Assembly (NCBI GenBank): GCA_964016885.1
Contig: OZ024754.1
Span: forward strand, 1,550,001-1,614,000
Source: Eledone cirrhosa
Lineage: Eukaryota
DNA length: 64,000 nt
Direction of reading: 5' to 3'
In this document: positions 49,561-62,598 of the stretch, piece after piece
Position numbering within the stretch: position 1 is the stretch's first letter
Layout of the letters: each line of letters starts with the position of its first letter
The notes under the pieces: model-generated
Told to the model about the DNA's origin: nothing
What the model saw: the letters and a program-made list of their open reading frames with translations, nothing else
Databases searched by the model: none
Program-made: the position numbers and the translations under genes

Positions 49561-49747
49561 GTGGATTGGCAGTATCGGTAGAGGGTCGGACGCTGTGCTT
49601 TGCCGCATAGAGTTACGGTCCTTTATGATCTGAGTTCAAATCCCGCCGAGGTTAACTTTGCCTTTCATCCTTACGGGGTTGATAAAATAAAGTACCAGTA
49701 ATGCACTGGGTAATTGCTGGCCTTGTGCCAAAAGTAGAAACAATTAT
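49561..49747 (+). mobile_element. SINE family A, full length, low divergence
   Basis: TGGCAGTATCGG A-box-like motif, GTTCAAATCCC B-box, complete body and 3' end. Confidence 0.92.
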
Positions 49748-50135
49748 ATTTCTCAATTTTCTAATACTGGTTTATACTGGTTTATACTGGTTTATACTGG
49801 TTTATACCGGTTTATACTGGTTTGTACTGGCTGTAGAGTATGGAACTCGTTAATATCAGATCAGTGATCATCTCCTTTCATTGGTATTCTGTCAAATGTA
49901 TCGCCGGCTCTCACCTCTTCATCTCCATATGGCCACAGAGGATCCTTTAGGAAACTTTTATATCAACAGATTGGCAATTGAAAATACAACCACAAACACA
50001 TCTAGAAAGATACACACACACACACAGATATATGTATATATATATATATACATACACTAGCATGCCGACATTAATACAAACATATACAATATATATATAC
50101 ACGCATGCAGACATTCATACACACATATACTATAA

Positions 50136-50166
<31 letters not shown>

Positions 50167-50170
50167 CAGA

Positions 50171-50212
<42 letters not shown>

Positions 50213-50213
50213 T

Positions 50214-50250
<37 letters not shown>

Positions 50251-50251
50251 T

Positions 50252-50292
<41 letters not shown>

Positions 50293-50295
50293 TCC

Positions 50296-50338
<43 letters not shown>

Positions 50339-51190
50339 TCACATTCTCGTACAATATTTGATACATACTGAATATAATTAATACACGGTGGTTCGAAATC
50401 TACTTAAGTACTGTCACTAATTACACAGGAATTTAGCCATGTATAAAACGACCTTCTCGAAGTTTCCACGGGCGCTTAATGAGTTTTAATTATGCACGCT
50501 GTAATCATAATAATGAAAGATTGCGAGGCGTGAAAAATATCCGTTAACCTATGTGTAATTGAGTGTTAAAAGCATGTAACAGTTTGTTTACCAATTAATT
50601 GCATACAAGATATGTAGAAACACACCATTAATTTCAAGGTTAGGTGAAAGCATGGAAGAATGCTTCGTGGTTACTGAAACGTGGGCAAGTTCCCTGTCAC
50701 AGCCCAGAGATATTTTTTTACATATAATATTGAAGTACTTTAATTAATCAGATATATTTTCTAATTTACAAATGTCGTTGGAACTCAATAGTAACTAACA
50801 TTATCTATAAGCTTGTATCTTTTCCCCACCCACGCATTCCCAACCTACAAACTAACCTACCTACCTACCTACCTATCTATCTATCTATCTACCTAACTTC
50901 CTACCTACCTACCTACCTAACTTCCCATCTACCTACCTACCTACCTACCTACCTACCTACCTACCTACCTATCTATCTACCTACCTACCTACCTACCCAA
51001 CTTCCCATCTATCTATCTACTACCTACCTACCTACCTACCTACCTACCTACCTACCTACCTATCTATCTATCTATCTACCTACCCACCTACCTATCTATC
51101 TATCTACCTACCCACCTACCCACCTACCCACCTACCTACCTACCTACCTACCTACCTACCTACCTACCTATCTACCTACCTACTTATCTA

Positions 51191-51542
51191 CTTGGAAGAA
51201 GAATCAGGATGGAGAGAGAGGTGCTGTACCCCAGCAAATTTTATAAAAGGTGGGTGAATGTGACAAAGATGGCCCGAGTGGTTGGGCCTTCTCTCTATAT
51301 AAGCCTGTAGGTTGAGGAAAAAGAGGAAGAGAGGAAGGGGAGTACTCACTCTTGGTGCTCCTGGAGATGAGGGTTGTACATTTTTTCGGGGTGTGTACAA
51401 CCCGTGTGTAACGCCTCCTCCCTATTGGGGATATCAATTGTTATTTGTTATTTTATTAATAGTTTTATTTTCATATACCTGTATGTAAACTCCCCATTTG
51501 TATTTGTCCCCTTCTTTTGTGCCCTTGTGGCTAATAAAGAAA
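51191..51542 (+). mobile_element. 3' fragment of an L1/Tx1-type LINE (ORF2 C-terminus plus 3' UTR)
   Basis: 51191-51310 encodes LGRRIRMEREVLYPSKFYKRWVNVTKMARVVGPSLYISL*, with a RIR.ER....F..RW pattern like Tx1/L1 ORF2 ends. The UTR ends in AATAAAGAAA, and the fragment is embedded in (CTAC/CTAT)n. Confidence 0.6.
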
Positions 51543-51781
51543 TGTATCTATCTATCTACCTACCTACCTACCTACCTACCTAACATATTGAATTAATATT
51601 TTGGTTAATTCTTATTATTAAATTGTTTTGTGTGTGACTGTTTAAATATATTTTACCCTTAATATGTCTGAGCTTAATTAACATCATGGTGAAATATTTT
51701 ATGGAATTATAACGTAAAGAAGGAATTGATTTATCCTTCATCGATACACCACAAATTTATTTACAAAACACCAAAAAATGA

Positions 51782-51920
51782 CTTCTACTTTAAGAACAAG
51801 GCCAGTAATTTGAAGCGGGGAGGGGAAGTGGATTAAATCGATCCCAGTGCCTACTGGTGCCTTATTTTATCGATCCTGTAACGAGGAAAGGCAAAGCTAA
51901 CCTCAGCGGGGTCTGAACTC
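51782..51920 (-). mobile_element. SINE family A, diverged and truncated
   Basis: CAAGGCCAG...TACTGGTGCCTTATTTTATCGATCC...AAAGGCAAAGCTAACCTC. Confidence 0.75.
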
Positions 51921-52807
51921 CAAATTTATATACTGATAACAGGCCTGGATAAAGCACAGTTTGTAATAATATTTATAACCTTTTTTAAAACAATATTTGC
52001 TATACAGTACAACTTAAATTTCTTATTAATGTTTCACAATATACTACAAGTCTCATAGTATTATAAAGGTTTTAGTATATTCACATTTAGTATTAGAGAT
52101 TGCTGTATGAAATATTAGTTTCAAATTTGGGCCAAAATAAAACATAAGAAATATAATATCTCTCTACATATTAATATCAAAGTAGATGACAAAAGTCCTC
52201 TGCTACTGAAAACTTCTAAATGCTGATTTATACGTTGTAAAACATAGCACTGATATTAAGACCCTACATGACTTTGATCTAGAAACGTCTGTAACCAGTG
52301 AACACATATGGATAATTTCATAGCGTTGATAGAACCCAGACGGGTTGATGTTGAACAGACAAGTTGATAATATCAAATGGGTTAATATTGTACAGAGAAG
52401 TTGACATTAAACAGAAGAGTAACTTAATATTTCTATGGTTCAATTCATCTCAAATTCTGTTGGCAGATAATATTTCTCCGTTGTGGAAGCCGCTAGGTTG
52501 ATATTCTGGAACGAGAGACAATTTCTCCCTAAACTCACATCCTACATACCTAATAAAAACTATGTTCTTGTCGGTTAATATGATTCTGGGAGAGATTTTT
52601 TTGTTTTCTTTGAAAAAAAAAAACAAAAAAAAAGTACGAGATGGACAAAGGTAAAATATTTTTGAGTATATGTGCCCCAGAATGACCTTAGCATGTCGGC
52701 TGGAACACTTAATAGAGTAAGAAAACATAGGTCTACTCAATCAGGGTTCATCTAGAACTGATCTACATTAACAACAAATCTTCCTGTATTATCTTTATTA
52801 TTATTAT

Positions 52808-52993
52808 CGGTGGATTGGCAGTATCGGTAGAGGGTCGGACGCCATGCTTTCCAGCATAGTTACGTCCCTTTACGATCTGAGTTCAAATCCCGCCGAGGTT
52901 GACTTTGCCTTTCATCTTTACGGGGTCGATAAAATAAAGTACCAGTAATGCACTGGGTAATTGCTGGCCTTGTGCCTAAAGTAGAAACAATTA
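52808..52993 (+). mobile_element. SINE family A, full length
   Basis: Highly similar to 49561-49747. Confidence 0.92.
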
Positions 52994-54296
52994 TCTTTAG
53001 ATTTGTTATAGGGATTAGACGAACACTGCACAGCCCGTGACAAGCTGACGAGAATGCTGGAGGCTGAAAACCATACAAAGTTATTTCCTCTTGAAACATT
53101 ATTCAATATACGTAGTAGATGTGCTGTACAGTCTGTCTCTCGCTGTCAGGATTCAAAGGCCATATACCAAAAGAAGCGGGCATGGCAAACATCGCTAGAA
53201 AATTCTACATAACTGCAACTGATGCATGAAATCAAACTGATATGTGATAAAGAATACCGCCTGTTTAGGTTCAGGTTCAGGAGTTTTTAAACTAGCAGAC
53301 AAATCAGAGAGTGGTCACACTTGAAATCGAGGAGGACAGTCACCATTTTAATTCATGAATTATTTTTTTTCTTTGAAGGGTTACTAACTTAATGTAAAGT
53401 TTTCACAACGTCCATTACCATAATTATCAATCACCCTACTACTGTCACATAACTCGAAACCAATAGGAAAATTAAAAGAACAAAAAAAAAAAAATTTCAT
53501 TTAACAATAAGATCAACATCAATTTCGAATAAGATGCTAATAAGTTAGTGGATAAAGTTAATTAAATAATTGAGAAAAAATAATTATCATTTGAAATCTA
53601 ATTAAAATAGTGGCGAAGTAGATAATTCAATAAATTAAGAGAATTACTTATGAATGGAGAGAAGTAATATAAATTACAGAAAGTGTTGTTGTTATTGTTG
53701 AGTGGATATTAACTGGGTTTGTTTTACTGGGTTTCGAATTTGCTTTTCATTCTTCCGAGGGTTGAATGAAGTAAAATATGAATATAATTTATATCACGAT
53801 AGTTCTGTGACTTATCGATCAATATAGTTTATATACACTGATCAGTATAATTTGTATCATGATACACTGAACAATATAGTTTATATCACGATCCTGATCA
53901 ATAGAGTTTATCTAACAATAGATCTGTGACTTATTGGTCAATGGTCCTTCTTAGAGTGGCTTCAGAAATATGGAATTTATTTCTGTGAAATTTGGTGGCT
54001 CAGTCCTCACTCAGTTCTCACTCAGTCCTCACTCAGTCCTTGTGCATTTCAAGTCAACAGAGAAAGAGTGAGTGGTTTGTCACGGCAGTTCTCTTAGCGC
54101 ACCATAAGAGAGAGAGAGAGAGAGAGAGAGAGGCGGGGGGGGGGGAGAAGGAAAGAGGAGAAAAGGCAGGGTGATATATATATATATATGATACCATTAT
54201 GGCAAAATAGTGAGTCTTGTTACTCTGAAGTTTCGCCTGTTTATCACAGATACACCAGACATGAATCATAAATTAACGTTTCAATAGCAGAAACTT

Positions 54297-54373
<77 letters not shown>

Positions 54374-54400
54374 GTATATATATAATATGCCTTCAAACTT

Positions 54401-54431
<31 letters not shown>

Positions 54432-54440
54432 ATAATAATA

Positions 54441-54718
54441 ATAAGCTCTGTAGCCTACATAGAGCACTCTTTTTTCCTGTACCTTTCCGACGGAAATACT
54501 TCATTTACACAGCTCCAACCGGGAATGATCGAAGCATATTCTATATTACATATATGATTGGCACCTTCCAGCCCGATAAGTTGAGCTCTCTACAGTTTCA
54601 GGTAATTAACCAACATACATCATGGATCTTATGTTTTTATTACATAACTAATAAGCTCTGTAGCCTACATAGAGCACTCTTTTTTCCAGTACCTTTCCGA
54701 CGGAAATACTTCATTTAT
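54441..54718 (+). mobile_element. Penelope-like termini in direct tandem
   Basis: Two near-identical tails ATAAGCTCTGTAGCCTACATAGAGCACTC...TTCCGACGGAAATACTTCATTTA at 54441-54507 and 54651-54717, homologous to 6017-6082. Confidence 0.7.
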
Positions 54719-54723
54719 ACATA

Positions 54724-54789
<66 letters not shown>

Positions 54790-54986
54790 ATTTCCATTCA
54801 TGCCTTCTTCTCCCACTCTAAGTCTATTTCTAGTTTAGTATATGTGAGATGTTTAGTAAAATATTTTAGACTTCTAATTTACACCAACACAAGAGAACTC
54901 CTTGTATAAGATCTTTCGTAGAACTAAGTACCTAACAGTGGAGGGTGTCGGTGTTGTGGGGGAGGGGGGATTGATCTGTGATAATA

Positions 54987-55393
54987 ATGGAGTGGTGTGG
55001 TGTGGTGTGGTGTGGTGTGGTGTGGTGTGGAGTGGTGTGGTGTGGTGTGGAGTGGTATAGTGTGGTGTGGTGTAGTGTGGTGTGGTGTGGAGTGGTGTGG
55101 TGTAGTGTGGTGTGGTGTGGTGTGGAGTGGTGTGGTGTGGTGTAGTGTGGTGTGGTGTGGAGTGGTGTGGTGTGGTATAGTGTGGTGTGGTGTGGTATAG
55201 TGTGGTGTGGTGTAGTGTGGTGTGGTGTGGTGTGGTGTGGTGTGGAGTGGTGTGGTGTGGTGTAGTGTGGTGTGGTGTGGAGTGGTGTGGTGTGGTGTGG
55301 TGTGGTGTGGTGTGGAGTGGTGTGGTGTGGTATAGTGTGGTGTGGTGTGGTATAGTGTGGTGTGGTGTAGTGTGGTGTGGTGTGGTGTGGTGT
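54987..55393. repeat. (GTGTG)n pentanucleotide array
   Basis: About 80 degenerate pentamer units. Confidence 0.95.
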
Positions 55394-55981
55394 CAACTAC
55401 AGTGAACCGGGCTGAGCTAATGTGATGTTGGTGAGGTTTGTGGGAGTTGTGTAATGGAATCTATGTTGGTTCTAGATCGGTTGAGAGATATACCATTCCT
55501 CCACTTCTTTCCTCTTCCCCCCCTCCACCTCCTCCCCCCACCTCTTCACCACCACTCCCCACATCATCACTACACTCATTATCATTATCTCCATCACCAC
55601 GATACCCATCATCATCATCATCATTGCTATGATCCAAGGTGAAGGTATGGGGTGGTGGGGAGGCAGAAAGAGGCAGAGAGAGGGAGAGAGAGGGGGAACA
55701 GAGAGAGAGAGAGAGAGACGAAATAAAGGGTGAGTGAGAGAAAGAGTCAGACAGGAACAGACAGACAGACAGACAGACAGACAGAGAGACTGACAGAGAG
55801 ACAGAGAGACTAACAGACAGACAGACAGACATTCAGAGAGACAGACAGACAGACAGAGGGAGAGAGAGACAGACAGACAGAGAGCCTGACAGGCAGAGAG
55901 ACTGGAGATAAATAGAGAGAGAGAAGGAACGAAATAAAGAAAGAAAGAAAAAAGAAGGAATGAAGGAAAGAAAGAAAGATA

Positions 55982-56034
<53 letters not shown>

Positions 56035-56856
56035 AAAAGAGAACGAAAGAAAGAAAGAAAAAGAGAAGGAACGAAAGAAAGAAAGAAGGAAAAAGAGAAG
56101 GAACGAAAGAAAGAAAGAAAGAAAAAGAGAAGGAACGAAAGAAAGAAGGAGAGAGGGAGAGTGTAAGTCAGTAATTACTGATTTCCTGCTAACAGTCAGT
56201 CAAGAAAGATCATCAAGTACACAAGATATCTACCGCTAGGTGGAGCTGGTGGTGGCGGGGATGGTGGTGGTTGTTACCGGTAGGTGGCGGGGTGGCGGTG
56301 GTGGTTGTTACCGGTAGGTGGGACTGGTGGCGGAGGTGGTAGTGGTGGTGGTGGTGGTGGTTGTTGCCGGTAGGTGGAGTTGGCGGCGGTGATTGTTGTT
56401 TTTTGTTAAGTGCCTCGCTTTACACAAGAATAAACAAACGTAATTACATATATACACAAACATACACATACATATACACACAAACATACACATACTTACA
56501 CATACATATATACACAAACATACACATACATATACACACAAACATACACATACATATACACACAAACATACATATACACACAAACATACACATACATACA
56601 CATACATATATACACAAACATACACATACATATACGCACAAACATACACATACTTACACATACATATATACACAAACATACACAAACATACACATACATA
56701 TACACACAAACATACACATACTTACATATACGCAAAAACATACACAAACATACCATACTTATATATACACAAACATACACATACACACACATACTTACAC
56801 ATAAACACAAACACATATACTTACACACAGCCACATATAAGAGGACACATTATTTA

Positions 56857-56978
56857 CTCTCTGAGTTCAAATCCCGCCGAGGTTAACTTTGCCTTTCATC
56901 CTTACGGGGTCCATAAAATAAAGTACCAGTAATACACTGGTTAATTGCTGGCCTTGTGCCTAAAGTAGAAACAATTAT
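56857..56978 (+). mobile_element. SINE family A, 5'-truncated
   Basis: B-box through the 3' end. Confidence 0.9.
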
Positions 56979-57665
56979 TTACACATACACAAACACGGAT
57001 ACATATCTTACACACAGATAAACAAACACGCACATGCTATTTACGTACACACACACAGACATGTATCTCACACACATACACACCACACAAATACGCATAC
57101 ATATCTTCACACACTACACACACATGCATACCTCACACACACTACATACACACACTACACACCCACATATCTTCCACACACTACATACACACACGTATAT
57201 CACACGCGCAATATCTCACACACACTAAATACACACACATACATACCCCACACACTGCACATACCCCACACACTACACACACACATACCCACACATACAT
57301 ACCCCCCCCCCCCCGTATATAAACATCACTAAATATTCCTAGTTTTATTGTTGATATTTATATTTTATATTTAAGTTTCCCCAAATATTTCACTGCAGAA
57401 CATTGAAACTTAATAATGTTTAATTATATAAACATGAAGTAAATACAGCTACTGCCACCCACATAACCACACACACAGACACACGAGCATACACGCACAC
57501 AGACACACAAGCACACACACATGCATACACACACACACACACAAGCATACACTCATACACACACACGTAGGCACACACGCAAACACACAAGCATACCCCC
57601 CCTCACCACACACACACAGACACACAAGCATACACACACACGCAGACACACAATCATACAGGCAT

Positions 57666-57707
<42 letters not shown>

Positions 57708-57898
57708 GCATACACACATACACACACAAACACACAAGCATACCCACACACACACACATGCAGACACACAAGCATGCACACACACACGCAGACACACAAC
57801 CATACATACACACACATATACTACTGTAATAGAAATGTGTGGAGTTTAAGAGTATTTGGGTTTGACATCAGAGCGTTGTGATCCTATATACCCATAAC

Positions 57899-58189
57899 CA
57901 GGGTTAGATTTAGACATTGGGGGCCCCGGTCACTTCAGGGTTTTTAGGGGGGGGGGGGGGGGCTCAAACATAAATTACAATACACAGCAAACCCTCCAAA
58001 GTTAGCCCGGTGCAAGTAATTGGAATAGAAAAGTTATATATACAGGTATTACATTCAAATATTCTAACCATCTTAAAATTAAAAGCTTAGCTGAGGGCAC
58101 AAATAAAATACTAAGAGGATCACTGGTGCCCTCCGACCCTGCAGGGGGCCCGGGGTAATTGCACCATATGTCCCCCCCCCCCGGCTCTG
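57899..58189. mobile_element. Non-autonomous hAT element (MITE) with 8-bp TSD
   Basis: CAG...CTG termini, subterminal GGGGCCC motifs at both ends, exact direct repeat CCCATAAC at 57891-57898 and 58190-58197. Confidence 0.85.
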
Positions 58190-58242
58190 CCCATAACAGC
58201 TGTAACTAATCTTAATATAAATTTTACTGAATACTTCATTCA

Positions 58243-58367
58243 TAATTGTTTCTACTTTAGGCACAAGGCCAGCAATTACCCAGTGCATTACTGGTACTTT
58301 ATTTTATCGACCCCGTAAGGATGAAAGGCAAAGTTAACCTCGGCGGGATTTGAACTCAGACCGTAAC
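58243..58367 (-). mobile_element. SINE family A, 5'-truncated, with 45-bp flanking direct repeats
   Basis: Direct repeats at 58202-58246 and 58363-58407. Confidence 0.9.
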
Positions 58368-58700
58368 TAATCTTAATATAAATATAACTGAATACTTCAT
58401 TCATAATATATATATGTGTTATGTTATAGTATGGTTCAGTACCTCGCGATGGAGTCGTCGTGGGTATTGTAAGCCTAGCGGGACCCATTCGCCCTTTTTT
58501 TAATCCTGAGCTCAGCTCAAACCCCAAGAATGCTAATTCCATCATTTTCACCTTCTTTCGCAATAATCGATAACAAAGAAAATTCAGGTACACTCCTCGT
58601 TAAACCCATTATATTCCTAGAATAAGGTATTTTCTGCATGTGTTTAGAATCTTTATCATTTTAACAATAACAAAAACAACAATTATTATTAATATTATTA

Positions 58701-58777
58701 TTACGGGGTCGATAAAATAAAGTACCAGTAATGTACTGGGTAATTGCTGGCCTTGTGCCAAAAGTTGAAACAATATT
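58701..58777 (+). mobile_element. SINE family A, 3' fragment
   Basis: TTACGGGGTCGATAAAATAAAGTACCAGT...GGCCTTGTGCCAAAAG. Confidence 0.88.
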
Positions 58778-59535
58778 ATAATATTTTACAGAGTCTGTTG
58801 TCTGTTGTTCCCTATCTTGACAATTCAACTGAAGTACTAGAGACAAATTCCACTTCACTGCAGCTCATAATTTGTGATTTTGCGAGAGTGTGTGGAATCA
58901 CCATTATTAATGTAACAATGTTGGAGAGGCACGGAGAGAGAGAGAGAGAGGGGGGATAGATAGAGAGGGAAGAGAGAGATAGAGATAGATAGATAGATAG
59001 ATGAAGAGAGAGAGAGAGAGAGAGAGAGAGTGTGCGTATGTGTGTGTGTGTGTTTGTGTGTGAGAGAGAGTGGGGGAGAGATGAGTCGTAGTCGAAATAC
59101 AATGGTTGTTTACGGTCATTAAAGGGTCGAGATTAAGACCCACTGGTGTCATCTTTGAATCTCATCATATCCGAGGTCAATTAAGTAAGTACCAGTCAAG
59201 TACTAGCATCAATTACGATGACTACACATTCTCGCTCGAACTTTGTAACCTTAAACAAATGTTAAAAAACATATTTAAATGGTAGAAATATTGGTATTTA
59301 AATAAACGTTTGATTTGTGGCGACCCTGGAATGTATAAAAAATAGCAGTGTGTCTATTATTCTTTATTTATAACCTAGTGATGAAGGCGAGGTGTGTATA
59401 TATATATATATATATATATACTATAAATATTTCCATCAGATCCATGTCTAGAGAAAAGATATGGAATATGGAGGTAGAACCCTCATCTGTGACACCACAT
59501 GTTTGTGAGTGTGTGTGTGTGTATATATGTATTTT

Positions 59536-59741
59536 CTAGGGCGGGTAAAATTCCCGAGATCCATGGACGAGTTCTCGCCAGCGGTCTCTGTCCCTCATTA
59601 TCGCTGCCATGTCCTGCGTCTCCAACAGACCAGTGTGTCCATGTAGGGGCTCCACAGGAGCACTGAGTGCAATGTCAACTCTGGATGTCGGTGAGCATGT
59701 CCAGCTGACCTCAATCTCCTCTGTGTCACTTTTGAGCTGAC
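59536..59741 (-). mobile_element. 3' fragment of an RTE-clade LINE ORF with internal deletion/frameshift
   Basis: Minus strand encodes VSSKVTQRRLRSAGHAHRHPELTLHSVLLWSP, then in a shifted frame HTGLLETQDMAAIMRDRDRWRELVHGSREFYPP*. RRLR.AGH..R and DR..WR are typical RTE C-terminal motifs. Confidence 0.8.
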
Positions 59742-59743
59742 TT

Positions 59744-60025
<282 letters not shown>

Positions 60026-60139
60026 GATATATGTTTGTATGTGTGTTTGAATGAACATCTGATGTGTTACAAAGATGCTGATATTAATGAGAAATAGAAT
60101 ATTTGTGAAGTTTCTCATTTCGTACAATTCCGGAGTCTA

Positions 60140-60600
60140 ACTGACTGGCTGGTTGGCTGGTTGGCTGGCTGGATGGCTGGCTGGCTGGCTGGTTGGCTGG
60201 CTGGCTGGTTGGCTGGCTGGCTGGTTGGCTGGCTGGCTGGTTGGCTGGCTGGATGTTGGTTGGCTGGTAGCTGGATGGCTGGCTGACTGGCTGGTTGGCT
60301 GGCTGGCTGGTTGGTTAGCTGGCTGGATGTTGGTTGGCTGGTTGGCTGGCTGACTGGCTTGCTGGATGGTTGGCTAGCTGGTTGGCTGGCTGGTTGTTGG
60401 TTGGCTGGTAGCTGGATGGCTGGCTTGCTGGCTGGCTGGTTGGCTAGCTGGTTGGCTGGCTGACTGGCTGGCTGGCTGGCTGACTGGCTGGCTGGCTGGC
60501 TGGCTGGTTGGCTGGTTGGCTGGCTGGCTGGTTGGCTGGCTGGTTGGCTGGTTGGCTGGCTGGCGGTTGGCTGATAGCTGGTTGGCTGGCTGGTTGGTCT
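60140..60600. repeat. (GGCT/GGTT)n tetranucleotide array
   Basis: Direct inspection. Confidence 0.95.
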
Positions 60601-60656
60601 TTGGAATGTGTTACTTAAGGCTGCTGTCAGAATCAGACAAATCTGGCCTGGCCGTC

Positions 60657-60895
60657 TGTATAATACATTAGGTGTGTATATATGTATATAACACATTAGG
60701 TGTGTATATATGTATATAATACATTAGGTGTGTATGTGTGTATATATGTATATAATACATTAGGTGTGTATGTGTGTATATATGTATATAATACATTAGG
60801 TGTGTATGTGTGTATATATGTATATAATACGTAGGTGTGTATGTGTGTATATATGTATATAATACATTAGGTGTGTATGTGTGTATATATGTATA
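60657..60895. repeat. 28-36 bp minisatellite
   Basis: TATAATACATTAGGTGTGTATGTGTGTATATATGTA units. Confidence 0.9.
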
Positions 60896-62598
60896 GCAGG
60901 GGTCGGTAAAATAAAACAGGAAATATGGTTGATAACTATAAGATATTCTTGTGCCTCGAGGGCCTTCGCTAAGTTGTTAAAAATTACGTTGTTAATATTC
61001 ACCGACATTATTATCTAGTTGCTACGAAACATTACGCACGTAGCGCCCTCACACGTTTGTGTAACGATTTAGAGTAAACCTTAGGGTGGGGAGTTATCTA
61101 TTCGCCCATTCTTACATCTTTTTTTCTTTCCCGTTCTCCCTCTCTTTCCGCCATCTTTAACCAATGTCCTTTTCTACTACGAGTACTTCCGTTGTTTTTT
61201 TTTCAGTTTTGTTTATGTTTAGTTCCGTTCTGTCTTACTTTCTCTTGCCATCAGTCTATAATTTCACTTTATTCTATATTCTCATTTTAATATATATTTA
61301 TTTTCTATTTTTATTTTTACCATTCACATACTCTTTTATTCTTTTACTTGTTTCTGTCATTACACTGCGGTCATGCTGGGGCAATGTTTTGATTGTGTCG
61401 ATCATATCGACGCCAGTATGTGTTTGTGTCATGTCTGGTACATATTGTAGAAATAACCTTTTTAGTTGCATCGTTATTAAAGAACAAAACCTCCAAGGAT
61501 TTAATACTTGCATGTATAACGTTTGAATTCCAGTCACTTGTGCCAAGTAGACATTGGTATGTAAAATTGGGCGTTTGATATGTATTTTTTAAATAATTAA
61601 TGTATTAATTGGGGTTTCCAAACCTGAAGTGCCGTGGTCTCCTCAAGGTCGAAACCCAATCCTGGCTGCAACGTCTTTGATCAGAGCTCTGCACAATTAA
61701 ATACGAGTATAAGTTAAAACAAACCACAAAGGTAATAGTTACTATATCACTAAATGTAACAGAAAAAGACTGGAAACATCGCCGAATTGATTAGTCTGTT
61801 CACTATGGTATCAACGTGGCTAACTATTACAGTATTGGATGAAGGATTAAAATATTACTAATTGCTGTGTTGAGCAATTAATTCTCATTTCTCAATAGCT
61901 GTTTCAACACATTTGCATGATATCGTTAGAGTTTGCTTTAACGCAAAGTCCCACTTCAATTAACCTCCTAACATTTGTACATACTTTGAACATCTCAATA
62001 AGCCACTAGCTAATTTCACTTACCAATTACAAAGCTACTAATCAAGTTAGTATTAAAGAGTGAGGGACCATGTTAATGGTAAGCTGTCAATAAATAGGAA
62101 TATATCTGCCAATCATTGAATGACTACACACGCACACAGAATGTTTACAACCAATCTTTCATATCACATCTCACACGGTTTTATTCTCCTTCTATAATTA
62201 CCTATATATCTTTATATCTTTATCTCAATTCTATCCACTTCTATATCAAATACACACGCATCCATACACGTGTACTCATAAGCATAACCTTAAATTCACA
62301 AGAACAATATATAAGCACATCTCTACACATGCATATTTTCACATGTCTACAGAGGCGGTAGAGGCATTTCTGAATTGGTGGGTGTTAAATTTGGACAATT
62401 TAGTCGTAGTGATTAATTTAACTCTTTGCACTCTAAAATAGTCAGAAAACTTTGATATGCGATAATGTATATAAACAGTAGCCCATATACAAATAGATGT
62501 GTGTTTTTTGGTAGTTTGGGGAGAAAAATATAATTATTAGGGGGGGAGCTCTCCCCCTGTTTCCCCAGTTCCACCACCCTTGATATATATATATATAT

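Noticed and set aside
49561-49650. tRNA genes
   Set aside because: The A/B-box heads continue into SINE bodies and do not fold into a cloverleaf.
53012-53215. Open frame of about 67 codons (GLDEHCTARDKL...) and a CTGACGA...GAAA motif
   Set aside because: No recognisable protein similarity, a weak acceptor, and the hammerhead stems do not form convincingly.
62350-62582. Possible hAT-like element with G/C-rich ends
   Set aside because: The TIRs are too degenerate and no TSD is visible.
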